DNA of 64,000 nucleotides from an uncultured cyanobacterium (GCA_963697335.1 CAVONQ010000006.1:32001-96000); one strand, 5' to 3'. Shown: positions 18,645 to 29,394, numbered from the stretch's first letter. Made by a program: numbers and translations. The notes: generated by a model from the letters alone, not told the origin.

Positions 18645-20801
18645 TCAGGAGGTGGCGCGCAGGATCTCGGCCCACAGCCCGGCGGCCAGGGCGCTGGAGC
18701 CCCGGGTGGGGCTGTTGTCGTCGTTGCCCAGCCACACGCCCACCGCCCAGTGGCGCTCGGGAGCGATCCCGATGAACACCAGGTCGCGGTTCTCGTTGCT
18801 GGTGCCCGTCTTGCCGCCTTCACGGCCTCCGAGCCGCGCCGCCTGGCCGGTGCCGCTGGTCACCACGGCCCGCAGCAGCTGTTGCATGGAGCGCGCTGTC
18901 TTCTCGCTCAGCACCCGCCGGCCCGGAGCCGTGTTGGCCGGGGTCTCGGCCGCCTCGCGGCGACAGCTGGCGGGATCCTTGCCCCGGCAGGTCTCGGCGT
19001 CCACGAGCCGCTTGATCGTGCTGGGGGCATGCCAGGTGCCGTCATTGGCCACGGCGCCGTAGGCGGAGGTGAGCTCCAGCAGGGTCACTTCGCTCTGGCC
19101 CAGGGCCAGGCCCGGCACGGCGTTGAGCGAGCTGGTGACGCCCAGATCCCTGGCCTGTTGCACCACGGCTTCGAGGCCCACCTTCTGGGCGGTGCGCAGG
19201 GCGGCGGTGTTGCTGCTGCGGGCAAAGGCGCTGAGCAGGCTGAGGTTGCCGCTGCAGTCGCTGCTGAAGGTCTGGCCACGCCAGCGCAGCGGCCCGCAGT
19301 TCACCCCATCGCCGGGCCCGGCGCCACGCTCGAGAGCCGCCAGGTAGGGGAACAGCTTGAAGGTGCTGCCCTGGGAGCGCTGGGCCATTGAGGCCCGGTT
19401 GTACTGGCTCTGTTGGTAGTCGCGGCCGCCGGCGATCGCCACGATGCCGCCGTTGCGCACGTCGATCACCACCACAGCACCCTCGGTGACATTGAGGCCA
19501 CGACTGCTGCTCAGCCGCTGCCGCAGCACCCGCTCCACCTGCTCCTGGACGCCTGGATCGAGGTGGGTCTCGACCAGAAAATTGCCCTCGGCCGCCACGG
19601 ACGGACCCACCAGGTCCTGCAGGTCGCGGCGCACCTGATCGGTGTAAAAGGGCGCACCGCGCCGCTCGGCGGCTCGCTTGCAGGCCTCGGGCGCCACCTG
19701 CACGGGGCTGCGGCGGGCGGAGCGGCCGGCGTCCGCACCGAGGCGACCGGAGTCCACCATCTTGCGCAGCACCGCGTTGCGGGATTCCAGGGCGGCCTGG
19801 GGTGCCACACAGGGGTCGTAGCCGTTCGGCGAGGGCAACAGGCCCACCAGCAGGGCCGCTTCCTGCAGCTCCAGCTCGGCGGCGGGCTTGCCGAAGAAGT
19901 GCCGCGAGGCATCCTCGAAGCCCCAGCCCACCCCCAGGTACACCCGATTGAGATAGCTGAGCAGCAGGTCGTGCTTGCTGAACAGGGCCTCCAGCTGCAG
20001 GGCCACCAGCAGCTCCCGCCACTTGCGCCCCAGGGTCTCGCCCTGGCCCACCTGGTCGGGATAGAGGCTGCGGGCCAGCTGCTGGGTCAGGGTGCTGCCC
20101 CCCTCCAGCACCCGGCCGCCGGCGAGGTTCGTCACCAGGGCCCGGGCCGTGCCCACCGGATCCACCCCGGGGTGCCACCAGAAGCGGGCGTCCTCACTGG
20201 CGAGCAGGGCATCCACCAGCACGGGGGGGTAGTCGCCCAGCTTGGCCAGCTCGCGGTGCTCCAGGCCCTGCACCGAGTTGATCGGCTTGCCCTGGCGGTC
20301 GTAGAGCGCCAGGGGCCCCCGCACCGTGGCCAGGCTGCCGCGGATGGGCCCCTGGGCCACCGACAGGGCCAACAACGCCAGGCCGCCGCTGGCCACGGCC
20401 GCCAGGCCGAGGGCCAGGCCCCGCAGCAGCCGCTGGGAGCGGGGCTGGGGACGACGCTGAAAGTCCAGCTCCGGCAGGCCGGGTTGGTGGGTGGGCCCGA
20501 AGCGCACCGTGTCGCCATCGCGCAGCAGCAGCTGCCGGATGCGCCGGTTGCGCCACCACAACCCATTGGTGGAGCCGGTGTCGGAGAGCAGCCAGGCGCC
20601 GCCGCGCTGCTCCAGCAGGGCATGCTGGCGGCTCACGGCCGTGTGCTCGATCGGAATCTGGCCATCGGCATCGCGGCCGATGCGGTAGGCCCCGCTCTGG
20701 ATCGTCACGGTGCGGCTGGGCAGGCCTGGCCCATGGATCTGCACCTGGCACTGGCCGGGTTGGCTCCAGCGACTCCAGCGGCGTCGCAGGGCATCAAGCA
20801 C
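18645..20801 (-). CDS. Class A penicillin-binding protein with an N-terminal FHA domain
   Basis: FHA motifs IGR..VSRQHA..DTGSTNG; transglycosylase SEDARF and GGSTLTQQLAR; transpeptidase STFK, SSN, KTGT. Confidence 0.93.
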   Translation of the reverse strand: MLDALRRRWSRWSQPGQCQVQIHGPGLPSRTVTIQSGAYRIGRDADGQIPIEHTAVSRQHALLEQRGGAWLLSDTGSTNGLWWRNRRIRQLLLRDGDTVRFGPTHQPGLPELDFQRRPQPRSQRLLRGLALGLAAVASGGLALLALSVAQGPIRGSLATVRGPLALYDRQGKPINSVQGLEHRELAKLGDYPPVLVDALLASEDARFWWHPGVDPVGTARALVTNLAGGRVLEGGSTLTQQLARSLYPDQVGQGETLGRKWRELLVALQLEALFSKHDLLLSYLNRVYLGVGWGFEDASRHFFGKPAAELELQEAALLVGLLPSPNGYDPCVAPQAALESRNAVLRKMVDSGRLGADAGRSARRSPVQVAPEACKRAAERRGAPFYTDQVRRDLQDLVGPSVAAEGNFLVETHLDPGVQEQVERVLRQRLSSSRGLNVTEGAVVVIDVRNGGIVAIAGGRDYQQSQYNRASMAQRSQGSTFKLFPYLAALERGAGPGDGVNCGPLRWRGQTFSSDCSGNLSLLSAFARSSNTAALRTAQKVGLEAVVQQARDLGVTSSLNAVPGLALGQSEVTLLELTSAYGAVANDGTWHAPSTIKRLVDAETCRGKDPASCRREAAETPANTAPGRRVLSEKTARSMQQLLRAVVTSGTGQAARLGGREGGKTGTSNENRDLVFIGIAPERHWAVGVWLGNDDNSPTRGSSALAAGLWAEILRATS

Positions 20802-21261
20802 GCCGGGAGCCCCTCTCGCCCAGCAGATCGATGGCCAGGCACAGCACCGCCAGGTTGATGGCGATGTCGGCCAGGTTGAACACCGGAAAATTGATCGGCA
20901 CCAGCGACAGAAAGTCCACCACGGCCCCCAGGCGCCAGCGGTCGATGCCGTTGCCGATGGCCCCGCCCAGCAGGAAGCCGAGGGCGAGGCTGCGGGGCAG
21001 CCGCATCGTCCCCTGCCGGGCGATCGCCACCACCAGAGCTGCTCCCACCGCCAGGCTGATCAGGCCCAGAGCCTGGGTGGCCCCGCTGAACAGGCTGAAG
21101 GCCGCCCCCGTGTTCCAGGTGAGCAGCAGCTCCAGAAGCCCGGGCAGGAAGGGGTGGGGCAGACCGGGCTGCAGGGCCTGTTGGGCCCAGGCCTTGCTGA
21201 ACTGGTCGGCCAGCACCACTGCGGCCGCCAGCAGGTAGCTGAGCTTCTGCTGCCGGCTCAT
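20794..21261 (-). CDS. lspA: Lipoprotein signal peptidase II
   Basis: DQFSK, NTGAAFS, GGAIGNGIDR, VVDFL, FPVFNLADIAI. Confidence 0.96.
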   Translation of the reverse strand: MSRQQKLSYLLAAAVVLADQFSKAWAQQALQPGLPHPFLPGLLELLLTWNTGAAFSLFSGATQALGLISLAVGAALVVAIARQGTMRLPRSLALGFLLGGAIGNGIDRWRLGAVVDFLSLVPINFPVFNLADIAINLAVLCLAIDLLGERGSRRA

Positions 21262-21833
21262 GTGGGAACCAGCAGCAGCTTGCGCAGGGCCACCGCCGCG
21301 GTGGCCACGGCACAGCAGAGCAACAGCTGGCTCAGCAGCGGCCCCACCGAGAAGCTCATCAGCAGCGGCAGCACACCGCCGGGCCAGCGCCCGGCCAACG
21401 CTCCGATCAGCAGGTTGAGGGCGCCGCACAGCTGAATCACGCCAACACCCACCGCGCTGGCCAGGGTGAGGTTGAGCAGATCGCCCATGCCGCGCTGGCG
21501 GGCCAGCCGGCCCGTGAGCCAGGCGGCGGGCACGAAGCCGGCCAGGTAGCCGAAGCCCGGGTCCAGCAGATAGGCACTGCCACCGCCGCCCTGGAACACC
21601 GGCAGCTGGAACAGCCCCAGGGTGAGGTAGGCCAGGGCGGCCAGCAGGCCGCTGCGGGGGCCGCAGACCAGGGCCGTGAGCAGCAGGGCCGGTACCTGAA
21701 GGGTGATTGGCAGCGCCGTGAGGGTCCACTGCCCCTGGGCCCCCGGAAGGGGCACGGCGGCCTGAATCAGGCCCCCCACCAGGATCAGCAACAGGCCTGC
21801 AACCGCTCCACTCCAGTTCGCCAGGGCCCGCAA
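21258..21833 (-). CDS. bioY: Biotin transporter BioY
   Basis: PITLQVP, YLTLGLFQLPVF.GG, PGFGYLAGF; TTG start inferred. Confidence 0.88.
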   Translation of the reverse strand: MRALANWSGAVAGLLLILVGGLIQAAVPLPGAQGQWTLTALPITLQVPALLLTALVCGPRSGLLAALAYLTLGLFQLPVFQGGGGSAYLLDPGFGYLAGFVPAAWLTGRLARQRGMGDLLNLTLASAVGVGVIQLCGALNLLIGALAGRWPGGVLPLLMSFSVGPLLSQLLLCCAVATAAVALRKLLLVPT

Positions 21834-21934
21834 ATCGTCCAGGAATGGTCTGGGCACAGTCTGCCGCGCCGTGGACACGCTGCCAGGGCACCATGATGGC
21901 CAGGCCCGTCTGGGCGCATCCCCGGCGCCGCACC

Positions 21935-22237
21935 ATGACCAGCACTCCCCACCCAGAACAGCAGCTGAGCCAGGAGCCCCAGCCGAGCCTGGATCCTGTC
22001 GACCCGGCCTGGGAGATCGGCGCTGCGGTGTGCCTGCAGCACAGTCCCCGCTACCTCAAGACAGCGGATCCGATGCCGATGCTGCGCCCCCCGGATCTGG
22101 TGGATCTCAACGAGGTGGGCACCGTGGTGGCCCAGCGGTCCATGGGGCAGCTGGCGGTGCGCTTCCGTCGCGGCACCTTTCTGATTGCAGCCGATGCTCT
22201 GGTGGCCGCTCCGGAGAGGCAGGCCCCCCTCGCCTGA
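21935..22237 (+). CDS. sipA: NblS/Hik33-interacting protein SipA (DUF3148)
   Basis: YLKTADPMPMLRPPDLV...VRFRRGTFLI signature; start uncertain. Confidence 0.85.
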   Translation: MTSTPHPEQQLSQEPQPSLDPVDPAWEIGAAVCLQHSPRYLKTADPMPMLRPPDLVDLNEVGTVVAQRSMGQLAVRFRRGTFLIAADALVAAPERQAPLA

Positions 22238-22262
22238 GTCCTCGCCCTGCCCGTGGGATCCT

Positions 22263-23153
22263 TCAGCCTGCCTTGCTGGCGCTGGGGCGCAGATTCTGCA
22301 GGCCGCTCAGGAACATCGGCACGAAGCGATCGAAGAACTGCTCCGGTTCCTGCTCCCAGACGCGCTTGGCGGCCAGGAAGCGGGACTTCTGCAGGTCAGG
22401 CGCCAGCAGGGTCTGGGGCAGTCGCTCCAGCAGGTAGGCAGGCCGCTGCCAGGCCGGAATGGTGCTGGCGATCTCCACCAGGCTGGAGAGGCGACGCAGT
22501 TCGGCGCCGGCGGTGATGTCCATACCGGCGGCATAGGCCGCGTGCTCGATCAGGGAGTAGCGGTGCTTGGCCTCGTCCACCAGGGCCCGATCGGCGGGGC
22601 TGCGACTGGCAATGGAATTCAGCCAGCGGTTGCCCCAGCGCACGTGCCCGGCTTCTTCGGGCAGGATTTTCTCCAGGGTCTCCCTGATCTTGGTGTTCTC
22701 CTCGCTGGCCGGGGCGCTCTTCAGGGCGTGGATGTGGGCTGAGAAGGTCTGGCAGCCGCGCTTCTCGGTGGCGTTGATGGAGGCCAGGGCCGCCACCACG
22801 CCTGCATCCTTGCGGCCGTCGGAGGCGGGGTTGTCAAGCAGCCGGTTGAGCTCATCGATGTAGGAGGCGGCCGGCGGATTGCCGATCGGCTCTCCCATCT
22901 CGAAGAGCAGGTCAGTGAGCCAGGCCGCATGGCGGGCTTCGTCGTTCACGTGGTGAGAGAGGTCGCGCACCAGTTCGGCAGGCTCGCCGTTCAGCAGCTC
23001 GATCAGGTTGGTGAGCTCCAGGCAGGAGCGCTGTTCGTTGAAGCGGTAACTATTCAGAAAGTACACCTGAACTTCCCGCTTCTTCACAACCTGAGCCATC
23101 ACCTCCCTGGCGCTGAGGTTGTTCGAGAGCTTCCGGGGGTAGGTGACAGGCAT
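22263..23153 (-). CDS. Ferritin-like diiron-carboxylate protein
   Basis: Two E...ExxH half-sites: NEQRS...DEARH and TEKRG...EEAGH. Confidence 0.82.
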   Translation of the reverse strand: MPVTYPRKLSNNLSAREVMAQVVKKREVQVYFLNSYRFNEQRSCLELTNLIELLNGEPAELVRDLSHHVNDEARHAAWLTDLLFEMGEPIGNPPAASYIDELNRLLDNPASDGRKDAGVVAALASINATEKRGCQTFSAHIHALKSAPASEENTKIRETLEKILPEEAGHVRWGNRWLNSIASRSPADRALVDEAKHRYSLIEHAAYAAGMDITAGAELRRLSSLVEIASTIPAWQRPAYLLERLPQTLLAPDLQKSRFLAAKRVWEQEPEQFFDRFVPMFLSGLQNLRPSASKAG

Positions 23154-23178
23154 TGCTGGCCAGGATCGTGGAACGACG

Positions 23179-24489
23179 TTAACGACGGCCTGAAGTCGCC
23201 TGCGGCAGGGGTGCCCTGCCGCACCAGGAGCTCCACACGGCCTCGGCCGCCGCCACAGCCGCCGCCGGACCACAGAGGCTGAGGCGCGGCGCGGCCAGAT
23301 GGCGCCGGGCGGCAGCCAGCAGGTCGTCGGCGCTGAGCTGCTCTGCCGCCAGCAGGGAGCGGGCGATGTAGCTGTCGCCCAGCCCATGGCCCATCACCAG
23401 CGCCTGGCGATCGGCGATCTGGCCGCAGGTCTGGCGGCCCATGGCGTCCTGGCCCCGGAACTTGGCCCTGGCCAGGCTGAGGTCCTGGCTGCTGAGGGGA
23501 GTCTCCAGCTGGCGCTGCCACTCCTCCAGCAGGGCGGCCATGGCCTCTGCCGCCCGCTCGGTGGAACTGGAGCAGTGCCACACGAAGGGGCTCGGGCCGC
23601 AGCGGGCCGGCAGGTGCACGCCCACGTCATAAGCCAGGCCCCGTTCCTCCCGCATCACCACGAACAGCCGACTCGACATGCCGAGGCCGAAGTGGGCCTG
23701 CAGCAGCCGCAGCGCCAGGGCGTCCGGGTGGCCCAGAGGCACCGTCGCCGCCCCCAGCATCACCACCACCTGCTCGGTGTCCTGACTCAGCAGCACATGA
23801 TCCACGCCGGTCCCTGCCGCCGCCGTCGGCAGGGGCAGGGGCAGGGCTGTCCGCCACGGTGTCAGGCCCAGCTGGAGGTTGAGCTGCCCCTCCAGATCGC
23901 TCGCCGCCGGCAGGTCGCCGCAGACCGCCAGCAGGGCTCCCTCGCGGCCCAGGTCGTCCACCAGGGGGGCCAGCGCCGCGGCCGTGAGCTGCTCCAGATC
24001 AGGTTCCACCCCAAGCGGATCGTGGCCATAGGGGCCGTTGCCATAGAGGAGGTCCCGCAGCCCGTCATGGGCGAGCTGGAAGGGGTCCTCCCGCTGGCGT
24101 TGCAGGCTCTGCAGGTTGAGTTGGCGCTCCAGCTGCACCTGGTCGGGGGCGAGCCCGGGGGCGCGCGCCATCGTCACCAACAGGGGCAACAGCTCCAAGG
24201 CATCGTCGCTGGCGCACTTGAGGCTGATCACCAGCGCGTCCTCATGGGCCTCACAGCGCAGGGCGGCGCCGCGGCCCTCCACCAGGTCGGCGAGCTGTTC
24301 GGCCGTGAGAGTTCCGCAGCCTCGGGTCATCACCCCGGCCAGCAGCTGCGTCGCGCCCCGGCCGCCGGCGGGGTCGCGGCTGCTGCCGCCCCGGATCCAG
24401 AGCCGGGCCGCCACCAGGCCGACGCCTGGCCGTTGCTGCTGCCAAAGGGGAAGGCCGCCATCGAGCCGCAGGCAGGTCCAGCCGCTCAT
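23179..24489 (-). CDS. M16 peptidase, non-catalytic subunit
   Basis: No HxxEH; has MSSRLFVVMREERGLAYDV; ATGA-coupled to the catalytic partner. Confidence 0.88.
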   Translation of the reverse strand: MSGWTCLRLDGGLPLWQQQRPGVGLVAARLWIRGGSSRDPAGGRGATQLLAGVMTRGCGTLTAEQLADLVEGRGAALRCEAHEDALVISLKCASDDALELLPLLVTMARAPGLAPDQVQLERQLNLQSLQRQREDPFQLAHDGLRDLLYGNGPYGHDPLGVEPDLEQLTAAALAPLVDDLGREGALLAVCGDLPAASDLEGQLNLQLGLTPWRTALPLPLPTAAAGTGVDHVLLSQDTEQVVVMLGAATVPLGHPDALALRLLQAHFGLGMSSRLFVVMREERGLAYDVGVHLPARCGPSPFVWHCSSSTERAAEAMAALLEEWQRQLETPLSSQDLSLARAKFRGQDAMGRQTCGQIADRQALVMGHGLGDSYIARSLLAAEQLSADDLLAAARRHLAAPRLSLCGPAAAVAAAEAVWSSWCGRAPLPQATSGRR

Positions 24490-25787
24490 GCGGGCACCGC
24501 CTCCAGCACACAGGCCAGGCTGGGATCCAGCAGGGGCACCAGCTGCCGCTGCAGGGCGTCGGGAGTCCAGCGGTGCAGGTGTTCCAGGGGCCGCCCCAGA
24601 GCCTGGGGCCGACCCCAGAGCAGGTTGTTGCCGATGGTGCCAGCCACCCCGGCGGGCGACTCCAGCGAAAAGCGGTAGCCGTTCGCCACCAGGTGCAGGG
24701 CCCGCTGCCACTCCGGCTCACCGATCGCCTCCTGCTGCAACTGAAGCCAGGCCCCGTCGATGGCCTGGCGCACCGCGCCGAGATCCTCGGGTTCACAGAT
24801 GGCTTCCAGCAGGGCGAAGCTGCCGCACTCCATCACGTGCAGGTCGAGGTCGATGCTCTCGACCAGCTGCAGCTCCTCCCGCAGCAGGGCCACGAGCCGG
24901 CTGCGGCGGCCCTCCGCCAGCAGGGTGGTGAGCAGATCGGCCCCCATCACGGCAGCGAGGTCGCCGGCGGGGGGCAGGGCCCAGAGCATCAGCAGTCGGG
25001 CGGCTTCCAGGCGGGGCAGGGCCAGCCGGTGCTGGCCGGGGGCCACGCCCATGGGCGAGCGGCCCGACGGCTCATCCAGCAGGGGCAGGGAGGCCAGGGG
25101 GCTGGCCTCGATGCGGCTCTCCAGGGCTGGTTCCAGGCTCTCCAGGGCGCCGGCCACGGCGAGCACGCAGCGGTTGGCGCCGTAGAGGCGCTTCTGGAAG
25201 GACGCCATGGCGCCAGGCGTATGGGCCAGCAGCGCCTGGCGCTCTCCCAGGATCGGAGCGCCGTAGGCATGGCTGCCGCAACCCAGCCGCAACAGCCGCT
25301 GCAGGGCCACATCGTCCGGCTGGTCCTCGCTCTGGGCCAGCTCTTCGAGCACCACCTGGCGCTCCATCTGAAACGCCTCGTCCACGAGGGCCGGCTCCAG
25401 CACCAGATCCAGCAGCAGATCCAGGGCCTCAAGGGCGGACTCCGGCGGGATCAGCACGTGGTAGTGCACGTCATCGAAGCCGGTGGCCGCATTGCTGCTG
25501 CCACCGAGGGCCTCGATCCGGCCATCGAATTCACCGGGCCCCAGCCGAGCACTGCCCTTGAACACCATGTGCTCCAGGAAGTGGGCCAGTCCACTCTCGC
25601 GCGGCTCCTCGAACACGCTGCCGGCGCGACACCAGAAGTCGAGGCACACCAGGGGGCTGTCGGCCAGGGGCAGCAGCACGCTGCGGGCGCCGTTGGGCAG
25701 GGTGTGGATGTGGGGCGACGCCAGGCCTGGCAGCAGAACGGGAGTGGAAGCCAGGGGCAAGGCGCAGGGACATGGCAGGATCTGCAT
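24486..25787 (-). CDS. M16 zinc peptidase, catalytic subunit
   Basis: [29 protein letters not shown]; start uncertain. Confidence 0.92.
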   Translation of the reverse strand: MQILPCPCALPLASTPVLLPGLASPHIHTLPNGARSVLLPLADSPLVCLDFWCRAGSVFEEPRESGLAHFLEHMVFKGSARLGPGEFDGRIEALGGSSNAATGFDDVHYHVLIPPESALEALDLLLDLVLEPALVDEAFQMERQVVLEELAQSEDQPDDVALQRLLRLGCGSHAYGAPILGERQALLAHTPGAMASFQKRLYGANRCVLAVAGALESLEPALESRIEASPLASLPLLDEPSGRSPMGVAPGQHRLALPRLEAARLLMLWALPPAGDLAAVMGADLLTTLLAEGRRSRLVALLREELQLVESIDLDLHVMECGSFALLEAICEPEDLGAVRQAIDGAWLQLQQEAIGEPEWQRALHLVANGYRFSLESPAGVAGTIGNNLLWGRPQALGRPLEHLHRWTPDALQRQLVPLLDPSLACVLEAVPA

Positions 25788-25809
25788 TCTGCTGGCTGGG
25801 GACACGGCT

Positions 25810-26568
25810 GTGAGCACCGTCGACGCCGGATCTGCCCGCAGCGGCACCCAGTCCGGGGGCATCCATCCGCTGGTGGATGCCCTGGCCGAGCGCATTCGAG
25901 CCAGCTGGGAGCGCATGCCTGAGCTGGCTCCCCTGGCCATCGACCCCGACCTCGAGGCCATCAGCGGCAGCCTCGATGGCGAGAAACTGTTCATCCGCAA
26001 CGAGCTTCGCCAGTGCCGCGGGCTGCGCAAGCTGCACCTCGAGACCGCCCGGCTGGGGGCGGGGCTGCAGATCCTGCACTGCGTGCTCTTCCCAGACCCC
26101 CGCTACGACCTGCCGGTATTCGGTGCCGACATCGTGGCCGGGCCGGCCGGGGTGTCGGCCGCCATCGTGGATCTCTCCCCCGTGGCTGACGCCCTGCCCG
26201 AGGCCATCGACCACGCCCTTGCGGCTCGCCCGCGACGCAGCTATGCCCAGGAGCGGGAGCTGCCGGGCTGGGGCTCGATCTTTTCGCCCCATGTGCGCTT
26301 CATCCGCCCGGTGGGCAGCGAGGAAGAGCGGGCCTTCATCGACGAGGTGGGCGAGGTGCTGGAGGTGCTCACCGCCGCGCTGCGGCACACCCCGCCTCAG
26401 CCCCTGGACGACCCCGCTACCGTCAGCCGATGGAACGGCCAGCTCCGGTACTGCAAGCAACAGAAACAGAACGACAAGACCCGTCGGGTGCTGGAGAAGG
26501 CCTTCAGCCCGGACTGGGCCGACCGTTACATCGAAGAGCTCCTTTTCGACGATCCACCGGCCCTGTGA
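25810..26568 (+). CDS. pcyA: Phycocyanobilin:ferredoxin oxidoreductase
   Basis: [46 protein letters not shown]. Confidence 0.95.
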   Translation: MSTVDAGSARSGTQSGGIHPLVDALAERIRASWERMPELAPLAIDPDLEAISGSLDGEKLFIRNELRQCRGLRKLHLETARLGAGLQILHCVLFPDPRYDLPVFGADIVAGPAGVSAAIVDLSPVADALPEAIDHALAARPRRSYAQERELPGWGSIFSPHVRFIRPVGSEEERAFIDEVGEVLEVLTAALRHTPPQPLDDPATVSRWNGQLRYCKQQKQNDKTRRVLEKAFSPDWADRYIEELLFDDPPAL

Positions 26569-27500
26569 CGTTCCTGGGCTTGCAGGCCTCCCGCCGCACC
26601 GTTGCTCTGGTCTTGGGCGGCGCTGTGCTGGTGGCTCTGGCTGGATGGGCGCTGGTGCAGCGCTTGAGCCCTTCGTCCTCGTCCATGACGACTGAGACGG
26701 CGGCAACCGCTGCCCGGCCCTCTGCCCCGGAAGCGGTGGCCGCCCTGGGGCGCCTCGATCCAAGTGGCGAGGTGCGCAGCCTTGCCGCCCCGATCAGTGG
26801 CATCGGCGGCAGTCCCCGCATCACGCGCCTGCTGGTTCAGGAGGGTGATGTGGTTCAGGAGGGCGACCTGCTGGCCGTGTTCGACACCGCCGAGCCCCTG
26901 CTGGCCCAACGCCGTGTGGTGGAGGCACGCATGGCCAATCTGCGCAGCCGCCTGACGGTTCAGAACCGTGACATCGCCCGCTACCGCTCCCTGAGCCGCC
27001 AGGGCGCGATTCCCAGCGGTGAACTCGACAGCCGCGAAACCGACCTGCTCGAACTCCAGGGCCAGTTGCAGGAGGCCGTGGCCGATCGCGATCGGATCGA
27101 CGCCGATCTTGAACTCACCTCGTTGAAGGCCCCGATCAGCGGCACGGTGCTGCGCCTCCATGCCCGGGTGGGCGAGCGCCCCGGCGATGACGGCGTGCTG
27201 GAACTGGGGGCGAACCAACGCATGGAGGCCGTGATCGAGGTCTACGAGAGCGACATCAACCGGGTGCGGCTGGGGCAGGCCGTGAGCATGACCAGTGAGA
27301 ACGGTGGCTTCGAGGGCAAGCTCAGCGGCGAGGTGGTGCGGATCAGTCCCCAGGTGCGCCAGAGGGCTGTGCTCGAGACCGATCCCACCGGCGATGTGGA
27401 CGCCCGCATCGTGGAGGTACGGGTGACCCTGGATCCAGCCGACGCCCAGCGCGTGCGGGACCGGACGGGCCTCAAGCTGATCGCCCGCTTCAGCCCCTGA
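26565..27500 (+). CDS. devB: ABC exporter membrane fusion protein (DevB/HlyD type)
   Basis: N-terminal [42 protein letters not shown]. Confidence 0.9.
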   Translation: MTFLGLQASRRTVALVLGGAVLVALAGWALVQRLSPSSSSMTTETAATAARPSAPEAVAALGRLDPSGEVRSLAAPISGIGGSPRITRLLVQEGDVVQEGDLLAVFDTAEPLLAQRRVVEARMANLRSRLTVQNRDIARYRSLSRQGAIPSGELDSRETDLLELQGQLQEAVADRDRIDADLELTSLKAPISGTVLRLHARVGERPGDDGVLELGANQRMEAVIEVYESDINRVRLGQAVSMTSENGGFEGKLSGEVVRISPQVRQRAVLETDPTGDVDARIVEVRVTLDPADAQRVRDRTGLKLIARFSP

Positions 27501-28672
27501 TGTTGCACCGCCTCTGGCAAGCCCGCCGGATTCCCCTGGCCTGGCTGCTGCTCTCCCGCCAGCCCCTGCGGTTGGCGGTGGCCCTGGCGGGGATCGCCTT
27601 TGCGGGGATCCTGATGTTCATGCAGCTGGGTTTTCGTGATGGGCTGTTCGACGCCAGCGTCACGATCCACAAGCTCTTCGACGCCGATCTGGTGATGATG
27701 AGCCCCCGGACCATGAGCTCGATCGGCATGGCGGGCTTTCCCCGGCGCCGGCTGATCCAGGCCATGGGCGATCCCGCCGTGCAGGGCGCCACCCCCGTGC
27801 ACTGGAATCTGCTGCTCTGGCGCAACCCCGTGAGCGGCAAAACCCGCTCGATCCTGGCCCTGGGCTTCGAGCCGGCCGATCCCCTGTTTCTCGACCCTGA
27901 GCTCTCCGACAAGGCCCGCAGCCTCAGCCAGAAGGGCAGGGTGCTGTTCGATGAACGCTCCAGGCCGGAGTTCGGACCGATCGCCGAGTGGTACAAGCAA
28001 GGCCGCACGGTGGAAACCGAAGTGGCCGGCACCCGGGTGCGGGTGTCGGGGCTGGTCACCCTGGGCCCCTCCTTCGGCGCGGACGGCAACATCCTCACAA
28101 GCCGTGAAACCTTCCTGCAGCTGCTGCCTGGCACGCCCCCGGGAAGCATCGAACTGGGCCTGATCAGGCTGCGGCCCGGCAGTGACATCGAGGCCACCCG
28201 CCAGCGCCTGGAGGGCAGCTTGCCCAGTGACGTGCTGCTGTTCACCAAGGCGGGCTTCGAGGAATTCGAGAAGACCTACTGGCGCACCAGCACCTCGATC
28301 GGCTTCATCTTCACCCTGGGGGCGGCCATGGGTTTCATCGTGGGCTGCGTGATCGTCTACCAGATCCTCTATTCCGATGTGAGCGACCACCTGCCCGAGT
28401 ACGCCACGTTGATGGCCATGGGCTATCGCCTGCCGATCCTGCTGGGGGTGGTGGCCCGGGAGGGACTGATCCTGGCGGTGCTGGGCTACCTGCCGGCCTA
28501 TGCCGCCGGCCTGGGTCTCTATGCCCTGGTGCGCAACGGCACCAACCTGCCGGTGGCGATGTCCAGCGGACGGGCCACGGTGGTGTTCACCATGATCCTG
28601 GTGATGTGTCTGGGATCGGCAGCCCTGGCCATGCGCCGCCTCGGGGACGCCGACCCCGCCGAGATCTTCTGA
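27500..28672 (+). CDS. devC: ABC exporter permease DevC
   Basis: IPLAWLLL, GIAFAGILMFMQLGF, YQILYSDVSDHLPEYATL, ADPAEIF. Confidence 0.93.
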   Translation: MLHRLWQARRIPLAWLLLSRQPLRLAVALAGIAFAGILMFMQLGFRDGLFDASVTIHKLFDADLVMMSPRTMSSIGMAGFPRRRLIQAMGDPAVQGATPVHWNLLLWRNPVSGKTRSILALGFEPADPLFLDPELSDKARSLSQKGRVLFDERSRPEFGPIAEWYKQGRTVETEVAGTRVRVSGLVTLGPSFGADGNILTSRETFLQLLPGTPPGSIELGLIRLRPGSDIEATRQRLEGSLPSDVLLFTKAGFEEFEKTYWRTSTSIGFIFTLGAAMGFIVGCVIVYQILYSDVSDHLPEYATLMAMGYRLPILLGVVAREGLILAVLGYLPAYAAGLGLYALVRNGTNLPVAMSSGRATVVFTMILVMCLGSAALAMRRLGDADPAEIF

Positions 28673-29394
28673 TGGCCCCTTCAACCACCCAGCCCCTGGT
28701 GGCCATTGAGGGCCTGAGCCACTGGTACGGCGAGCGAGAGATGCGCCGCAGGGTGCTCCAGGGGGTGACTCTGACGATCGCGCCGGGGGAGGTGGTGCTG
28801 CTCACGGGGCCCTCCGGCTGCGGCAAGACCACCCTGCTCACCCTGGTGGGAGCCCTGCGCCAGGTGCAGGAGGGCTCGGTGCGCCTGTTCGGCTGCGAGC
28901 TGCACGGGGCGGGTCGTTCGATCCGCCAGCAGCTGCGCCAGCGCATCGGCATGATTTTCCAGGGCCACAACCTGCTGCGCTGTCTCACCGCAGAGCAGAA
29001 CGTGCAGATGGGATCAGACCTGCTGCCGGGCCTGGGCTACCGCGCCCGCCGCGATCAGGCGCGGGAGTGGTTGCGGGCGGTGGGCCTGGGCGACCACCTC
29101 AACAAGCTGCCCCACGACCTCTCCGGCGGCCAGAAACAGCGGGTGGCGATCGCCCGGGCCCTGGCTGCCCAGCCCCAGTTGCTGCTGGCCGATGAACCCA
29201 CCGCCGCCCTCGACAGCCAGAGCGGCCGCGAGGTGGTGGGGCTGCTGCGCAGCCTGGCCCGCGAGCAGGGCTGCGGCGTGTTGATGGTGACCCACGACCC
29301 CCGCATCCTCGACGTGGCCGATCGCCTGCTGCAGATGGAGGATGGCCGGCTGGCCGAGGCCTCCCTGGAGCTGGCGGGGGCCGTCAGCCCTTAA
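28672..29394 (+). CDS. devA: ABC exporter ATP-binding protein DevA
   Basis: GPSGCGKTT, LSGGQKQRVAIARA, ADEPTAALD, VTHD. Confidence 0.93.
   Translation: MAPSTTQPLVAIEGLSHWYGEREMRRRVLQGVTLTIAPGEVVLLTGPSGCGKTTLLTLVGALRQVQEGSVRLFGCELHGAGRSIRQQLRQRIGMIFQGHNLLRCLTAEQNVQMGSDLLPGLGYRARRDQAREWLRAVGLGDHLNKLPHDLSGGQKQRVAIARALAAQPQLLLADEPTAALDSQSGREVVGLLRSLAREQGCGVLMVTHDPRILDVADRLLQMEDGRLAEASLELAGAVSP

Noticed and set aside
16995..19391. 798-aa plus-strand ORF and many other long antisense ORFs (e.g. 2876-4966, 33993-36047, 37161-39026, 54183-55751)
   Set aside because: They are shadows of well-supported genes on the opposite strand; stop codons are scarce at this GC content and the translations have no recognisable motifs
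26565..29394. devBCA as evidence of heterocyst glycolipid export
   Set aside because: DevBCA-type exporters are widespread in non-heterocystous cyanobacteria and no heterocyst genes are present here
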